From NCBI GenBank assembly GCA_951406725.2, contig OX597827.1, positions 78,058,001 through 78,122,000 on the forward strand: DNA of 64,000 nt, in the 5' to 3' direction. The stretch comes from Octopus vulgaris. Lineage: Eukaryota. The notes beneath the pieces were generated by a model. It saw nothing but the letters and a program-made list of their open reading frames with translations. It searched no databases and was not told where the DNA came from. Made by a program: the position numbers and the translations under genes. This document shows positions 11,725 to 26,905 of the stretch, piece by piece (the first letter of the stretch is position 1; every line of letters begins with the position of its first letter).

Positions 11725-12547
11725 GCACATACATATATGTATAATATATGTTTGTATATATACGTAGGTGCATATACATATGTATGTATATATGTAGCAC
11801 CCAGTACACTAGTAGAGTTCGTTTATAAGAAAACAGCTGATAATTTACTCCCTCCCAACTCAGAGTTTTGCACTATACATATATGTATGCACACACACGC
11901 ACACTCACACATACACACACTCACATACACACACACACATATATATCTTGTTTACTGAACTTAGTAGCTAGTGTTCTTCACGAAACTGCCGGTCCTTGTG
12001 TCACTATTGCAGTAAGCTCAGATAATACACAAGAGCTATAACAAGATATGCTCAGCATTTCCTATTGAGTTCTCCTTCTCCCGTTTTTATCCAACCTCGT
12101 CCCACCCCTCACTTACACATTCTGTCTCCCCCCATCCCCCCTTCTCCACGTCTCACTTCCGTACAGTCGTTTAGTGAAAGTATGATAAGAGATGTAGCGG
12201 GGGGGGAGGGAGAGAGAGGCTGTTCCGTAAGGAGATGAATAATGTTTGAGGGAAACCTCATAGAAAGCTGAGTGGAAGTTTTCTCCCTCGCGCAGACACA
12301 CACATACAAGCATACACACATACGCATATTCACGTATGCAGACACACACTTACACTGTTATATCAACGCACACACACACACACACACACATTAATGCGTA
12401 TGAATGAGAAGGTGAAATATTTACTCGGATTGTTGAACACAACGTTTACATGTTAGCGACATTGTGAAAAATATATTGTAAGAAATATAACCTAGATAAA
12501 TGATAATATTTATTATTTATTATCTAGGTTATATTTTTAGCCTTATA

Positions 12548-12578
<31 letters not shown>

Positions 12579-12851
12579 CATAAATGATATGATCTTAATA
12601 ATAATGATGATGATGATGATGATGATTTTTTTTTGCCACAGGGGCAAATAGAGTTGGAAGAAAAGGAAAATGAATAGATGATGATGATGATGATCATAAT
12701 CATCATGAACATGGAGATAAAAAGAGGAAAGTGAAGAAATAGGTAGGAAGGAAGGAAGAAGAAGAAGAGGAAGAAGAAGAAGAAGGAGAAGAAGAAAAAG
12801 GACGTTTGATGTTTCCCGTAGTTAGTCATTTCAATGGGATCGGTAGAGAGA

Positions 12852-12888
<37 letters not shown>

Positions 12889-13407
12889 GAAGGGAGGGAG
12901 GGACAAAGAACGATTGGGAGGGAGAGAGAGAGGGGGGAGAGGTAGATAGATAGGCTGAGAGATAATTAGACAGACGGAATGGATGATAAGTTAGATGGAA
13001 GAGAGATAACACAGAGATAGATAATGATGACAAATAAGATAATTAGACAGACATATAATTTTGCGGGGGTTTATTAGTATTATGTATTGGACGACGAAAA
13101 GTAATGATATAATTTTTTTTTTTTTAAATACGTAGAACGCAAAGTTAAACAATATTTCATTGGGTTTTGACTCATCTTCATTATCATCATCGTCATCATT
13201 ATCATCATCGTCATCGTCACCATCATCTCCCTCAACATCACCATTCGGGACGTTTTCTCTTTTCTCTATCATTATTTTTTCTCCAGTTTTAGGGCCATCT
13301 TAAACGAAATATACTGTTATTGGGCTTACTTCACCTGGAAATAAAGTCTAGTGAAAAGTTTAATCAATTCCGAAGAATATGTATTTGTGTATATATACAT
13401 AGACATC

Positions 13408-13611
<204 letters not shown>

Positions 13612-15710
13612 GCATATACATGCACACACATATACATATAACGTCGAATTGCACGGGTGTGTGCATAGTGAAGTGTATTTATTAGTACATGCATGCATGC
13701 ACACATATATACACACACACACATATACATACAATATATACTGAAATACATGCTTCCTAGATTGGGCCCGTGTAAGGCCTGATCAAGTAATCATCCGGTT
13801 TCCCTCCTCCACTCCCCATAGTGTAACTAGGATAACATTATTTATCGTCTCCTCCCTTTTAAAGATGGTAGAGTGGGACTCGAGTGATATTTGGCTGCTA
13901 TGTCTAGCATATCGAGTGACCACGTGGGAGTTGCCCGTTGGCTCGTCTCCATGTGACTGCAACGAGAACGTAAACATTTATATTAAATGAGTAATAACAA
14001 TTATCCAGTATGAAAATAACCGTTGAAAATACTGCTGAGACGAAGTTGTTTAACTCCTGGTCAAACTTGATCGAATAGACTTAGGATCAAAGACGTTCCA
14101 GCAATGGCCATCGCGTCTTTTCAGGTACAGTTAGTTCATTAGGGACTAAAATATCCAAGACGTCATTCACCCTCTTAAATTTTTTTTTAAAGACAGTTGG
14201 GGTATATATCATCAGTTACAGGGGTTTAACTGCTATAACGATAGGCCTGTATGACAGGAGAAATTATCTGTTATTTTGATTTTTAAAAGATAATTTAGAA
14301 ACGAAAACAAAAAAAATATATAGATATCCAATCATTTGTCTCCAGAAAGAAGTGATTGCAAAAATAAAAAAAAAGAAAGAAAGAAAGAAAAAAGGATTTA
14401 GGCTTCGGTCGTATTCGAACTCTGTTCGACAAATTTACTTTCCACTTGGCTGCACTACTAAGTTGTGATGAGTCAATTGCCAAAGGCAAGATGGGGAGGG
14501 CATATAAACAAAGGGGAGGTAAGCGATGCCGTGGAAAGATTTTAGCCCAGTTTCAGAGAGATTTCAGTTATTAAAAGAAATAATTCACAAACGAAAACAA
14601 GGGCAGAAACATTAAGAATAATTAACAGTTTGAAACCGTTCTGTTCATTAAGAGGAAAGTAATGATTTAAAAACAAACATGCTGAGGAGAAATCACGCTT
14701 TAAAACGACATAGAACTGAGAGGCATTAACAGAAAAAAAAACAACAATATCGTATTTATGTGAGGAGGGACTTGTGACTTTACTACACCGCCTTCATTGT
14801 CCCGCGGTCGAAAAAAAAATTTCTGTGCCTGAAGGTTTGTTTCCAAAAATATTCTCAATTGGTTCCGATTTGCTGGGCTCACACTGTGAAAGGTAAGTGT
14901 TGTGCATATTGTTGGATGCAAAAAAAGTGCAGCAGTACTTGTGCAAGGGACACTGATTTATATATATATATATGTATATATTTATTTATATATATCCTCC
15001 CACTTAAATCTATTAGAATTTTTTTTTTTTTGGTACGTGTGAGATGTGGAGGGGGTGTAACGACCCTTCCAACTTTGGATCGTCGTATTTATATCGAGAT
15101 GATCATTTTTTTTCAATGTTCTCCCGAGTTTTACTGTTGTTGCTGCCCTCCCCCCACTCTCACACACACACATATATATACACACACACACACACACCTC
15201 ATGTAACACCCTCCCGTTCTCTTATACATCCATACACTCAGCTTTACATACACACCCACACTCCTCTTACACGTACACTCAGGCATTCGCGCACACTTAA
15301 CACCGCTTCTATACATACATCTACACAAGCACGTTCGCATACACACCCACACTTCTACTCACACATACGTCTCTCTTAATATGCCATACACACACTCACA
15401 CACACATCACTGAGTACACGTACCGTACTCAGTGCACCCCCTCTTCCCTTCTCTATTATTTACCAAGACTTATTTCGTTTCTTACTATCTCACTGTTGGT
15501 TCGTTTGGCTCCTATAAATGTCTTCTTTCGTATCTCCCTAAATTTACCCCCTTTATTCGATATGTTCCGATGTTTGAATTATCTTTATTTTTCTTATATG
15601 TAAAGTATTTTTGTAGAACAACATTGGGAAACACACACACACATAAAATTCTATATGATTTATTGGCAAAATAACCATCCGAAAGTACAACGTACAGATG
15701 TGTGTATATA

Positions 15711-15775
<65 letters not shown>

Positions 15776-17099
15776 GTATATATATATTGCTCATGACTTC
15801 TGGACGAAACTAAATCATCGGCCCCAGAACTGAACTCGGAAAGTGGATTTCTCTCTTTTTCACACACATCTAAATTAAAAGTAACTAAACATTGTCGTAC
15901 GAAAATGCATGAACATCACAAAATCACTGCTTCTCTCTCTCTCTCTCTCTCTCTCTCCCTCCCCCTCCCTCTCTGCCTTTAACTATGTTATTAATCATCG
16001 TAGCTATTGTTGTAAGGGTGGAGGTGGTGAGGGGGGAGGAGGAGGAGGCTATCTCTTTTGAAGTGAAGGGGAGAAGGGGGAGGAGGAGGAGGTGAGCCAT
16101 CATAGGAGGTCGGTGGAGAGGTGGGGGGAGAGGAGACTTAACGTTTGAGAAGATGTGGGGGACGGTGGGGGTGGGAGAGGAAAGCAATATCAAACAAGAG
16201 GTTGTGTGGCGGTGGGAGGCGGCGGTAGCTATCAAACATGAAGTAGGGGAGTGGGAGGTGGGAAGGAAAGGAATTATCTCACTGGAAGTTGGTGGTAGTG
16301 GTGGGAGGTGGTGTTTGTGCCGTAAGTCAGTGCACCTCACTCCACTCTTACCCTACCCTCCACTCATGTTTGAGTGCCTCTTTTCCTTTACGCTGACACC
16401 ATCAAGATTCGAACAGTTATAGGCTGTTTTTTTTTTCCCCGATATGCTGATCGATTATACCTTTCGTCCCTCCATCATCGATAAAACCAATCATTTACTT
16501 TATCGATTCAGTCATCTGTATCCATCCTCACTTCCTTCACAATTTTGCCAGGAATTATTTTTTTTTTCGTCGAGGCAGTTTCTATAATAAATTGCTGAGT
16601 GCTGTTAATGAGCCTCATGTCAGCGCTGATCCAATAGAACCCTTCCAGCCGTGACCATCCCGTCTTTTTATATACCGTGAACAACTTTATATCTTTAAGA
16701 GTGTAGTCTAGTCCGAAATTGGCTGCTGTTTCTAGCAACTCAAATGACCGTATCCCCTTCGCAAAACCGTAGTGTTATTATTTTAACCCCAGGACGGCCC
16801 TATGTATGATCCGATTTTCCAGCCGTGACAAAAAATTTTTTTTCTTCCCTAAACATAGTTTTTCCCATGGTTTCCATTTTCAATGAGTCTCTGTGTACCA
16901 TTCTTATTTTTTAAGACGTTAAAGATGTACTGTTGAGGGAGGTTTGGCTGCCGTTTTTAGCAACCAGTTAAAGGTTCCTCAAATTTCACTTGTCTCGATT
17001 TGGCCCGTTCATCCACAAAGAACTTAGTTCTGGAACGGGGGACGATTCAACTGGGACAAAACTATTGCCGGACACCCCCACTACCACCTTCATAATAAC

Positions 17100-18560
17100 A
17101 ACACTTTCTAACTGGGTACTGGGTGGTTTTGTGCGACCTCAATGCTCAACTGGTACTTCATGTTAGCAACCCTGGATAGAATGGAGCATAATTAAATAGT
17201 ATTCCGGTTCTATAATAGTAACGATGCCTGATTTAGGCCCCCAGTCCGGCAATTCTAACGGGAGGAGGTTAGTCGATTCCATCGATATATCCTATCAGCC
17301 CAGGACTGATTCTGAAGAGACGAAAGACAAAAGCTGACCCCGGTAAGATTTGAACTCAGAATGTAAAGAGTTAAACAAATACCGCTTGGCATTTTTTCCG
17401 ATGCTCTAACGATTCTGCCAATTTACCACCCTGTATAGTAGTGATGGTGATGGTGGTGGTGGTTTCTAACATGTACAGACGAAATTTAGGGGAAAGAATG
17501 ACGTATCCGCCATCCCTCGAAAACTATCGAAATTCTCACTCAATAATAATAATAATTAATAATTGTGCTTAATCTAGACACAAGACCAGCAATTTGTGGG
17601 TAGGGAGTTAATCGATTATATCGACCCCAATACCTGATTGGTACATTAATCGATCAGTCGATTGCAGGGCCAATCGATTGGTCAATTAAAGGATGAAAGG
17701 CGAAGTTGACCTCAGAAGGATTTAAACACGGAATGTAAAATGGACAGAACTAAAACAACAACAACAATAATAAAAGTTGCATTCCAGTTTCTAACATAAA
17801 CACAAAACTCTAAATGTTTTCTGCGAGGGGTTGGTAAAGCCGTTTGAATGATCTCGTCCAGTACATAATTGGTACTTTATTTTATCGACCCAGGAGGAAC
17901 GGAAAGTAAAGTCGACCTTGGCATGGCATCAGACTTTCACAAAATGTCTTTCATGTTTTTGTTTTTTTTTCAAAGCGAAAAAAAGAAAGAAAATGACAAT
18001 CGTATCTGTGCTCCAGTTGGCCGGTAACTTGCCATTTTTCTGACATACAGCAATTTTTTTTTTTTAGTGTAGAGGAGAGAGGGATTTAGTCTGTTGTTAC
18101 TTTTATGATTTAGTCGAAAGGTGTTCCAAGTTCAAGTCCCACTGAGGTCAGCTTTGCCTCTCATTCTTTCGGGGTCAGTAAATTAAAGTACCAGACTGGG
18201 ACTGGGGTCGATGTAATCGATTATCCCCCCTCCCTTGAATTGTGTGCCCTTAATTTTAAAAACTATTTAGTTGCAGGGGTGGGGGCGGTGGATTTGCAAG
18301 ATCGTTACCCCTCTGACGAAATTTCATTAACAGCATTTGTTACGGCCTTTTACATGCTGAGATCGATAAAATCAAGTATCAGTCAAGGCACTGGAGTCGA
18401 TTATATCGACTAGCCCCTTCCCTTCAAAAATATTGACCTTGTGCCTTTAATCCTTTCTAATTTTGGTACAAGGCCAGCAATTTTGAGGGCAGAGGTCAAG
18501 CCGATTACTGTATTTATTTTATCGACCCCGAACGGATGAAAAGCAAAGTTGACCTGGGCC
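17100..18560. repeat. Cluster of degenerate family B SINE copies in both orientations
   Basis: Repeated ATCGACCCC...GGATGAAAGGCAAAGTCGACC motifs and their reverse complements. Confidence 0.7.
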
Positions 18561-18837
18561 GGCTTGTGTCTAAATTAGGAATAATTGTTAAGCCAGAGTA
18601 GAGGGAAAGGCCAGTGACTCGTCGTCTCTGCATTCCTTCCGTATCCAATTGACCGCCATCTGCTAAAATATCTCTTATAACTCTCCGGAAGTTTGTAGTG
18701 ATTTAACCATTTGCCAGAAGTCCTCGTGCTTGTGCTGTTGTTTAGCCCTAGGTCAGGTCTGGTTGAACAGGCGCATGACGAAGGCATTCCGGCCGTGATT
18801 ATCCCATTTTTTCCCTATTTTACAAGGAACCTAGAAC

Positions 18838-18915
<78 letters not shown>

Positions 18916-18945
18916 TTGTTCGTATGTGAGCGTCTCTCCCTCTCC

Positions 18946-19002
<57 letters not shown>

Positions 19003-19170
19003 TATAATATATATATATATATATTTGTGTGTGTGTATACACAATTTTTTTCCATGTTAATGGAATGTGATTTGTGAGAGATTTGGTTGTTTTTTCTAGC
19101 ATCACGAATGGCTACACAGGGCTCATCGTTGGTTCTACGTTACAACATTTGTTGATGTATTACTGTACTG

Positions 19171-19493
19171 TGGAGGCGCAATGGCCCAGTGGTTAGGACA
19201 GCTGACTCGCGGTCGTAGGATCGCGGTTTCAATTCCCAGACCGGGCATTGTGAGTGTTTATTGAGTGAGAACACCTAAAGCTCCACGATGCTCCGGCACA
19301 ACTTTCACTCTTTCTTGTATTACCTGTATTTTAAAGGGCCAGCCTTGTCACACACTGTGGTCACGCTGAATCTCCACGAGAGCTACATGTCTGTGGAGTG
19401 CTCAGCCACTTGCACGTTAATTTCACGAGCTTGCTGTACTGTTGATAGGACCGACTGGAACCCTCGTCGTCGTAACCGACGGAGTACCACGAC
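19171..19493 (+). mobile_element. tRNA-derived SINE (family C head, family D tail) with 12-bp TSD
   Basis: Head GGAGGCGCAATGGCCCAGTGGTTAGG...GGTTTCAATTCCC; TSD ATTACTGTACTG at 19159-19170 and 19494-19505. Confidence 0.85.
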
Positions 19494-20754
19494 ATTACTG
19501 TACTGAACATACGATTCTGGCCCGAGTATAAACAAAGCTGAGCTCTCTCACACACGTAAATAAGCCTGAGACTATTTGTAACGTATAGAAAACTTCAGAT
19601 TATTTCTATATGTAATATATCTTCAACGTTTTTAAATGTGTAATTGTTAGATTTGCGGTGAATTACGGACCATATTATGTCACGGTAAGGACAGGATTCA
19701 TTATTATAAAGAAAATTTACCATCTTTGGTAGATGCACAGTACTCTTCTAACACATACCTAGAAATACGTATATGTATATGGGTTGAGGTAGGCAGCCGT
19801 GTGGATGGACGTCCGGAAAGTATGTGTACGTGCGTGCGTGTGTGTGTGTCAGCTGCTTTTTCAGTAAAGAGTAGAAGTTGATCTTATCGCTATGAATTCT
19901 GTGGTTGGCGACCCGTTTTTCATAATAGCCTGGACAGTATCTCCGACCAATTATCTTAACAGGTATTTCGAGACTGAAGTCAGGTGGATAAGTAAGGTTT
20001 ATGTTAACCTAGAACACCTGAGAGACCGGCAGTGTCCATGACATTAGTAGTTAACCAGAGGGGGTTAACTGCTCATAACTTCTAATTTCTTTACTGCTTA
20101 CAAGGGGCTACACACAGAGGAGACAGACAAACGGATTAAGTCGATTATATCGACCCAGTGCATAACTGGTACTTAATTTATCGACCCCGAAAGGATGAAA
20201 GGCAAAGTCGAATTTTGAACTCAGAACATAACAACAGACGAAATACGGTTACGCATTTCGCCCGGCGTGCTAACGTTTCTGCCATCTCACCTGCTCATAA
20301 CTTCTATTGAGAAGTGTTATGGGACCTCACCTTAGAGCAACTTCTAAACCAGCACAGTCAAACTGTAGTAGTTTTGGAGAGAACCAGAGATGGGTGACTG
20401 CTGGAACCTGCACGTTATGTTGCTTAAAGAATTGCTTCTTGTAACAGCTTAATATTGGCCCTGTTTGATATCTCAGTCAGCCAGGAGCTGGCAAAGGACT
20501 GTGAAGACCTGAAGAGGTTCAATATAACTAAAACATGTCACTGTGTTTACCAAAGCTAATAATCACTCCCAACAGTTTACTGCCATTAAATTTTTAATCA
20601 GTTTGAATATCGGAATTGTCTCCCTTGTTTTTCTTGCTCAGAATTATTAATGCCAATTATTTTTTTTTTGTCTTTGCTACAAGGGTAATTTTTAATTGTT
20701 TTGTTTTTGCTTATTGCTTTAAATATGTCACATCTTAGACACACTTTCAGTCAC

Positions 20755-21072
20755 TTCGTTGGTTACGATGACGAGGGTTCCAGTTGATCCAATCAACAGA
20801 ACAGCCTGCTCATGGGATTAACGTGCAAGTGGCTGAGTGCTCCACAGACACACACATAACCTCAGAATAGTTCTCAGGGAGATTCCGCATGACACAGAAT
20901 GTGACAGGGCTGGCTCTTCCAAATACAGGTACAACTTATTATTGCCAGCTGAGTGGAGTGGAGCAATGAGAAATAAAGTGTCTTGCTCAAGGACACAACA
21001 TGATGCCACAAACCGATCTCAAGACTTTACAAATCATAAACTGAATACCCTAACCACTGCACTACACGCCTT
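20755..21072 (-). mobile_element. tRNA-derived SINE (family D)
   Basis: Minus-strand head GGCGTGTAGTGCAGTGGTTAGGG followed by GTGTCCTTGAGCAAGACACTT; tail shared with 19320-19490; partial copy at about 52385-52590. Confidence 0.75.
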
Positions 21073-21090
21073 CATTTCCCCCACCACTTA

Positions 21091-21703
21091 ACTTTTACTC
21101 TTTTATTTGTTTCAGTCATTTGACTGTGACCATGCTGGAGCACCACTTTTAGTCGAACAATTCGACCCCAGAATTTATTCTTTCTAAGCCTAGTACTTAA
21201 TCTATTCGTCTCTTTTGCTGAACTACTAAGTTACGGGGATGTAGACACACCAACATTGGTTGTCAAGCGATGGTGGGGAAACAAACACAGACACACAGAC
21301 ACACAAACATATACATATACATATATATATATATAGTTGAAATTTACAGATTTACAGAAAAACAAAAGATGAAGACAGGTGTATAAACAACAAACAGGTG
21401 TATTAGTTTAATGCTCAGGAAGGTGAGAAAATCTTTTACGTTTCGTGCCTATGCTCTTCAACAGAAAGGAACACAAGGAAATAAACAGAGGGACAACAGA
21501 AAAAACTTATGGAGCTAGCAGTCAATCATATATATATATATGTATGTATGTGCGACGGGCTTCTTTCAGTTTCCGTCTACCAAATTCACTCATAAGGCTT
21601 TGGTCAGCCCAAGGCTATAGCAGAAGATACTTGCCCAAGGTGCCTTGCAGTGGAACTGAACCCAGAACCATGTGGTTGGTAAGCAAGCTACTTACCACAC
21701 AGC
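21091..21703 (-). mobile_element. SINE family A, near full length, with a nested Penelope-type insert in its (TA)n
   Basis: Both halves match the family A copy at 55610-56033; unrelated 21336-21528 segment lies in the middle. Confidence 0.85.
21336..21528 (-). mobile_element. Short Penelope-LTR-like repeat (family P) with hammerhead motif at 21433-21468
   Basis: Minus strand CTTT-CTGTTGA-A-GAGC-ATAG-GCAC-GAAA-CGTA-AAAG; homologous to 29090-29255 and 41975-42157. Confidence 0.65.
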
Positions 21704-22204
21704 TCCCCCCCTCCCTGTATATTTTTCATGCAGAAACTGTCCCCAAATAATCCCTTTTCTCTCCAGTTCTTCTATTACAAAACAAATTTATCTGGTATAG
21801 CATCATTGGCTCTTTGATGGCATGGGTGATCACAACCTAACCATCTTGCGTTATTAATAACTTGTTAGAACCTCTGTTTGGGAGTTCGTTAACAAAACTG
21901 CTCTACTTTGATGTAGGTTAATCCAATATTTCTCATGAAAGGTGGCCTCTGTGGATTAAAATGAAATTAAGATAGTTTTAAGCTTGTCTAACACCTTAGC
22001 AAAGAAAGAAGAATTATAATTATGCAAACTCTGAGCATGGCTGTGTGGTTCAGGAGCTTGCTTTGTATGCACATGGTTTTGGGTTCAGTCTCAATGCACA
22101 GCACCTTGGGCAAGTGTCTTCTGTAGCCCTGGGCTGACCATTGTTTTGTGAGTAAATTTGGTAGACAGAAACTAGGTGGAGGCCCATCATAGAAAGCACT
22201 GGTG

Positions 22205-22342
22205 TTGGCACCATGTAAAAGCACCTGTGCAGCATCCATGGTGGCACCATGTAAATGCACATGTGCCGGCATCACAGGTGCCATGTAGCAGCATCCGTGG
22301 TGGCACCATGTAAATGCACCTGTGGCAAAATCACAGGTGCAT
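22205..22342. repeat. Short minisatellite-like repeat (GGCACCATGTAAATGCACCTGTG units)
   Basis: Three imperfect copies visible. Confidence 0.7.
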
Positions 22343-22599
22343 TTTCAGACTTGAAAAAAAAAGAAGTTCAGTCCTAGGGTCAATTTGATTAACTAAAAAC
22401 CTTTACAAGGTGATACCCCAGTCCAATGAGAGATAAAAGATATGTCTTTTGTTTAATAAAAAATGGGGGGGGGTGTACAAATAATTTTGTTAATATTAGG
22501 GGTGGAGAGTTGCCCCTGTCTGATATCAGTTTGAGAAAGTTATAGCTGCTGTAGCTTATGTATTGGGGTAGTTTGACCCAGTCAAGCCAGATATGGTCT

Positions 22600-23265
22600 T
22601 CGTAAATAGTTCTTGTTTAAGCCCATCCTATCCCTGTTAGGGCGAACCCCTGGTTAAGTGTATCTAGGACCACATTATCTAATATGTCCTTCCTTGTTTC
22701 ATGACAGTGGTATGTGATTTGAAGATTTGGCTACTATTTTTAGCATGATGGGTGACCACATACAGGCTCATTGTTGTTGTTTAACTCCAGGTCACTCCTG
22801 GTCAAACAGATATAAATGCTCAAAAGTATTCCCAGCTTGACAATCCAGCTTTTGAGGAGTGGAGGGCATTGTCTATATGCATCCCGGATTGTGTTATATA
22901 ATTTTTCCTTTTATGGTATGTTGCAATTTGTGGAAGATTTGACTGCTATTTCTAGCTTGTAAGTAACTTCTTTTAGCTTCAGTGTTCCTTGTTTAATTTT
23001 GTGTTCTGTTCAAGTTAAAGTGTAGTTTGAGAAGAATTTGGCCGTTATTTCTAGCATCAGAGCAACTGCATAGAGATTTCCTCATTGTTTAGCCCCAGGT
23101 CAACTCTGATTGAGTACACCTATGATGGAACTCCATTCCAGATGTGACCATCCTGTCTTTTTAAAGCATAAAGCAACTATATTATCTTATGTGTTATTTT
23201 CTTTTTAAAGATTGGAGAGAGATTTGACTGCTATTTCTAACATGTCAAATGCCCACATAAAGGAT
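22600..23265 (+). repeat. Tandem degenerate copies of an old about 200-bp dispersed repeat (family E)
   Basis: Recurrent GATTTGGCTGCTATTTCTAGCA and TTTAACCCCAGGTCA...ATTCCAG..GTGACCATCC motifs; many other copies across the window. Confidence 0.7.
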
Positions 23266-24805
23266 CATAAGAATGTGTTACAGCAGTCACTATGTATAGA
23301 TATGTAGGGGCACAGGCATGGCTGTGTGGTTAGAAGTCTGCTTCTCAACAACACAGTTCCAGGTTCGTTCCCACACTGTGGCACCATGGGCAAATGTTTC
23401 CTACTTTTTTTTGTTGTTGTTAAGCAACAAGACGGGTAAGGGTGATTAGGTGATGGTCTAGGGCTTAGGGGCTGGAGATCCCAGACCTTGGAAAAACAAA
23501 AAAAAAAAAAACTTTGGTTGTCTTGTTGTAGTTGGGGGGGCTCTTCGTTGACGCCCGACACCACTGGGAGGTGGCCCTTGAAGTCGCTGGAAATGGAGAT
23601 CTCCAGGTCCAAATTCTTGGATGGCAGTGTTTCCTACTGTCGCATTGGGCCAACCAAAGCCTCACGAGTGGATTTAGATGGAAATTGGAAGAAATATGTT
23701 TATATCCTCCTCATCATCGTCATCATTTAATGTCTGCTTTCCATGCTGGCTTGAGTTGAATATATATACAGGGGGTGATGGGTAAATGACATTGGCATTT
23801 GCACCGGAAGCTCTATTATGAACATTTCAGAGTGTTTGGGTGTCAATCTGAGGACTTGTACTGAGAGTGATCGAAATCAAACATCCAGTCACCATCATGT
23901 GGTTTGGAACGATCAATAGTTTATGATGATGACCTCAGACATGGCTTTAAATATGTCACATAATTTTTCAAGGTGGACCCCAGTATGGCCACAGTCTGAC
24001 TGGAAGAAGTAGAAGACAAAAGCTGTATCATATCATGGCAAGGCAGTTATCAAATGTATCTCAACACAAAACTCCAGGCCCTTGAGCCACACCCACAGTA
24101 ATCTCAGCTCATAAAGATTCTAACCCACACAGTCCCCGCCCCTCGCATTTGTAAAACCCAGCATCACCTGTATTCACACATCAAGGGCCTCAACCAGCTT
24201 TCTGTTCTTCCTTGATTCGGACATTCTTTTCCCTCTTGGCCCAAATCATTTAACTAAATTGCCTTCCCATCGTGGAGGCCTCTGGGTGGCCTCCAATTTC
24301 TTGACACCACTTGGCAACTAAATGGGCCCACCTGTTGTCTGTGAACCTTGCGACCTCTCCAGCCCAGCGGGGCTTCTGCTTTTGGTATTCTGTGACCAAG
24401 TTCGCTCTGCTCTTGTAATACTTCATATTGGATATGCTCTCTCAATGATAGGTCATCATCATTTACAATACCCTTTTCCATGCTTGAGGCAGGTCTCAGT
24501 GGCCTGATGTTCTTGTCGCTAGTCGTCACCTGTTTCCAAGCAAGGCAGTATCTTCCCCTTGTCCAGATATGTTTTCATGGAAAATGATAAACAGCAGTTC
24601 TTGTATGATAGTAGTTCATTCTCATTATATAGTGCACAGTGTTAAGGCAAGGAAGTACAAGCATGCACAACAGGCTTCGTTTTAGTTTCCATTGACCAAA
24701 TTCTTTCACAAGACACTTGCTCGGCATGTTGTGCAGTGGGACTGAACCAGAAACCACATGGTTGTGAAGCAAGCTCAACCACACATCCATACCTGTATAG
24801 GTCTA

Positions 24806-24851
<46 letters not shown>

Positions 24852-24944
24852 CATACATACGTGTAAATATGTGTGTGTGTATATGTATATGTGTATATAT
24901 GTATATATATATGTGTGTGTGTGTGTGTATGTATGTATATATAT

Positions 24945-25146
24945 TCTTTTATTTGTTTCAGTCATTTGACTGTGGCCATGCTGGAGCACTGCCTTTAGTC
25001 AAGCAAATCGACCCCAGGACTTATTCTTTGTAAGCCTAGTACTTATTCTATTGGTCTCTTTTGCTCAGTTGTCAAGCAATAGTGGGGGACAAACACAGAC
25101 TCACAAACATATACACCCACACACACACATACACACACACACACAT

Positions 25147-25182
<36 letters not shown>

Positions 25183-25330
25183 GATGAGTTTCTTTCAGTT
25201 TCCATCTACCAAATCCTCTCACAAGGCTTTGGTTGGCCCAAGGCTATAGTAGAAGATATTTGCCCAAGGTGCCACACAGTGGGACTGATCCCTGGACCAT
25301 GTGATTGGGAAGCAAGCTTCTTACCACACA
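24945..25330 (-). mobile_element. SINE family A
   Basis: Matches other family A copies, including the GTTTCAGTCATTTGACTGTGGCCATGCTGGAGCAC end. Confidence 0.85.
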
Positions 25331-25435
25331 ACCCCTTCTCTGGCTGTACCAGCTCCGGTCAAATTGTCCAACCCATGCCAGCATTGAAAACAGATGTTAA
25401 ATAATGAGGATGATATATGTATATCTGTATACATG

Positions 25436-25492
<57 letters not shown>

Positions 25493-26857
25493 GTGTATGT
25501 GTGTGTGATGTATCCCTGTATGGGTTTTGTTGTATCTGTTTACTTATTGACTTTAATATGTGTTCCGTCTGAGTGGCTTCTAAGCTGTCATACCTGGATA
25601 CAAGAAAAATCTCACCTTAAATGAATTCAAGTAATGTGAGAGTTGTGTTAATTAATATTAACAGCTTTGATACTTAATTCTTACACGAATGATGTGTCAC
25701 AGATGTTGAGCAGGTTTGAAGAAGTGTGGTGCTATTGCAGACCTATCCAACCCAAAGCTGCTTCAAAGAAACAAAAAACATAATCACAATAATGCTTGCA
25801 TTACAATGGTTATGATGATGATGATGATGGCAGTGGAGGAAGCGGAGGAGAGGGCTAACCTCGACACTTCCAGGCCTAGCTGTAGCAACAGATTGAGTAG
25901 CAAGTGAATGTATTTTATCACGTGGGATTTCATCTCTGAAAATCTGAGCTTATCCATGCAATTAATTTATGGTAAATCCTTCCAGGTTTGTGTAAACTGC
26001 ATCGTACCATATTGCTCTTTAGTGCACCGAATGCCCCTGCCTGCCCCCCCCCTTCTCATCACCACCACCACTGTCTGTGTTTCCATTTGGCCATACTATG
26101 GATATTTATTAGCAGTGTCACTAAGATACGTACCCCTGCCTCTCATCACCATCATCATTTCACACCTGCTTTCCATGTTGGACGGTTTGATGGGATCCAG
26201 TAGGTTGGAGGACCACATCCTCCTCCAATACCTCAGTTTTCTCGTGGTTTCTATGGCTGGATGCCCTTCCTAACACTAACCACATTTCAGTGTGTTCTGA
26301 GTGCTTTTTTTAAATATTTTTTTCATAGCATCAGCACTCGTGTGGCCTCTATGTAACTTGCAAGACTAAAAGTTCCCTTGGCTGAGAGGGAGATGGCTTT
26401 ATGCTAGGTTACTGCAAAGTTAAATTATGATAGGTATGAAAGGCGAGATCTGGGCAGTTTGAGCATAAAACACGCAGAATATTTGGGCTGGACATGGCCT
26501 TTTTAAACACTGAAGAGTTAAAGTATAATAGGGTAGATAGAAACAGGTTTAGTGTTTTGGTGGACACTCTCATTAGTACCAAATGAATAGGAATGCTTCA
26601 CTGAAAAGGTCTAATAAGACTGAAACACACCCTATGGCTGGAAATTAGTGAGTTTTAGTCTTAAATCACCCATGCTCTCCCAGATTTAGTTCACTAAGAA
26701 TTCAGCTCTCTGAATGCTAGGAATTGTTTCAGGTGTCTATCGACCCCTTGGGTAGCTATATAGACTCCCACCAGGGATCAATATTGACCGCTGGTCCTTG
26801 GCCTAACCCATGCTAGTATTAAGAAATAAACATAAAGTGAATGTATGTGTATATATA

Positions 26858-26900
<43 letters not shown>

Positions 26901-26905
26901 ATATA

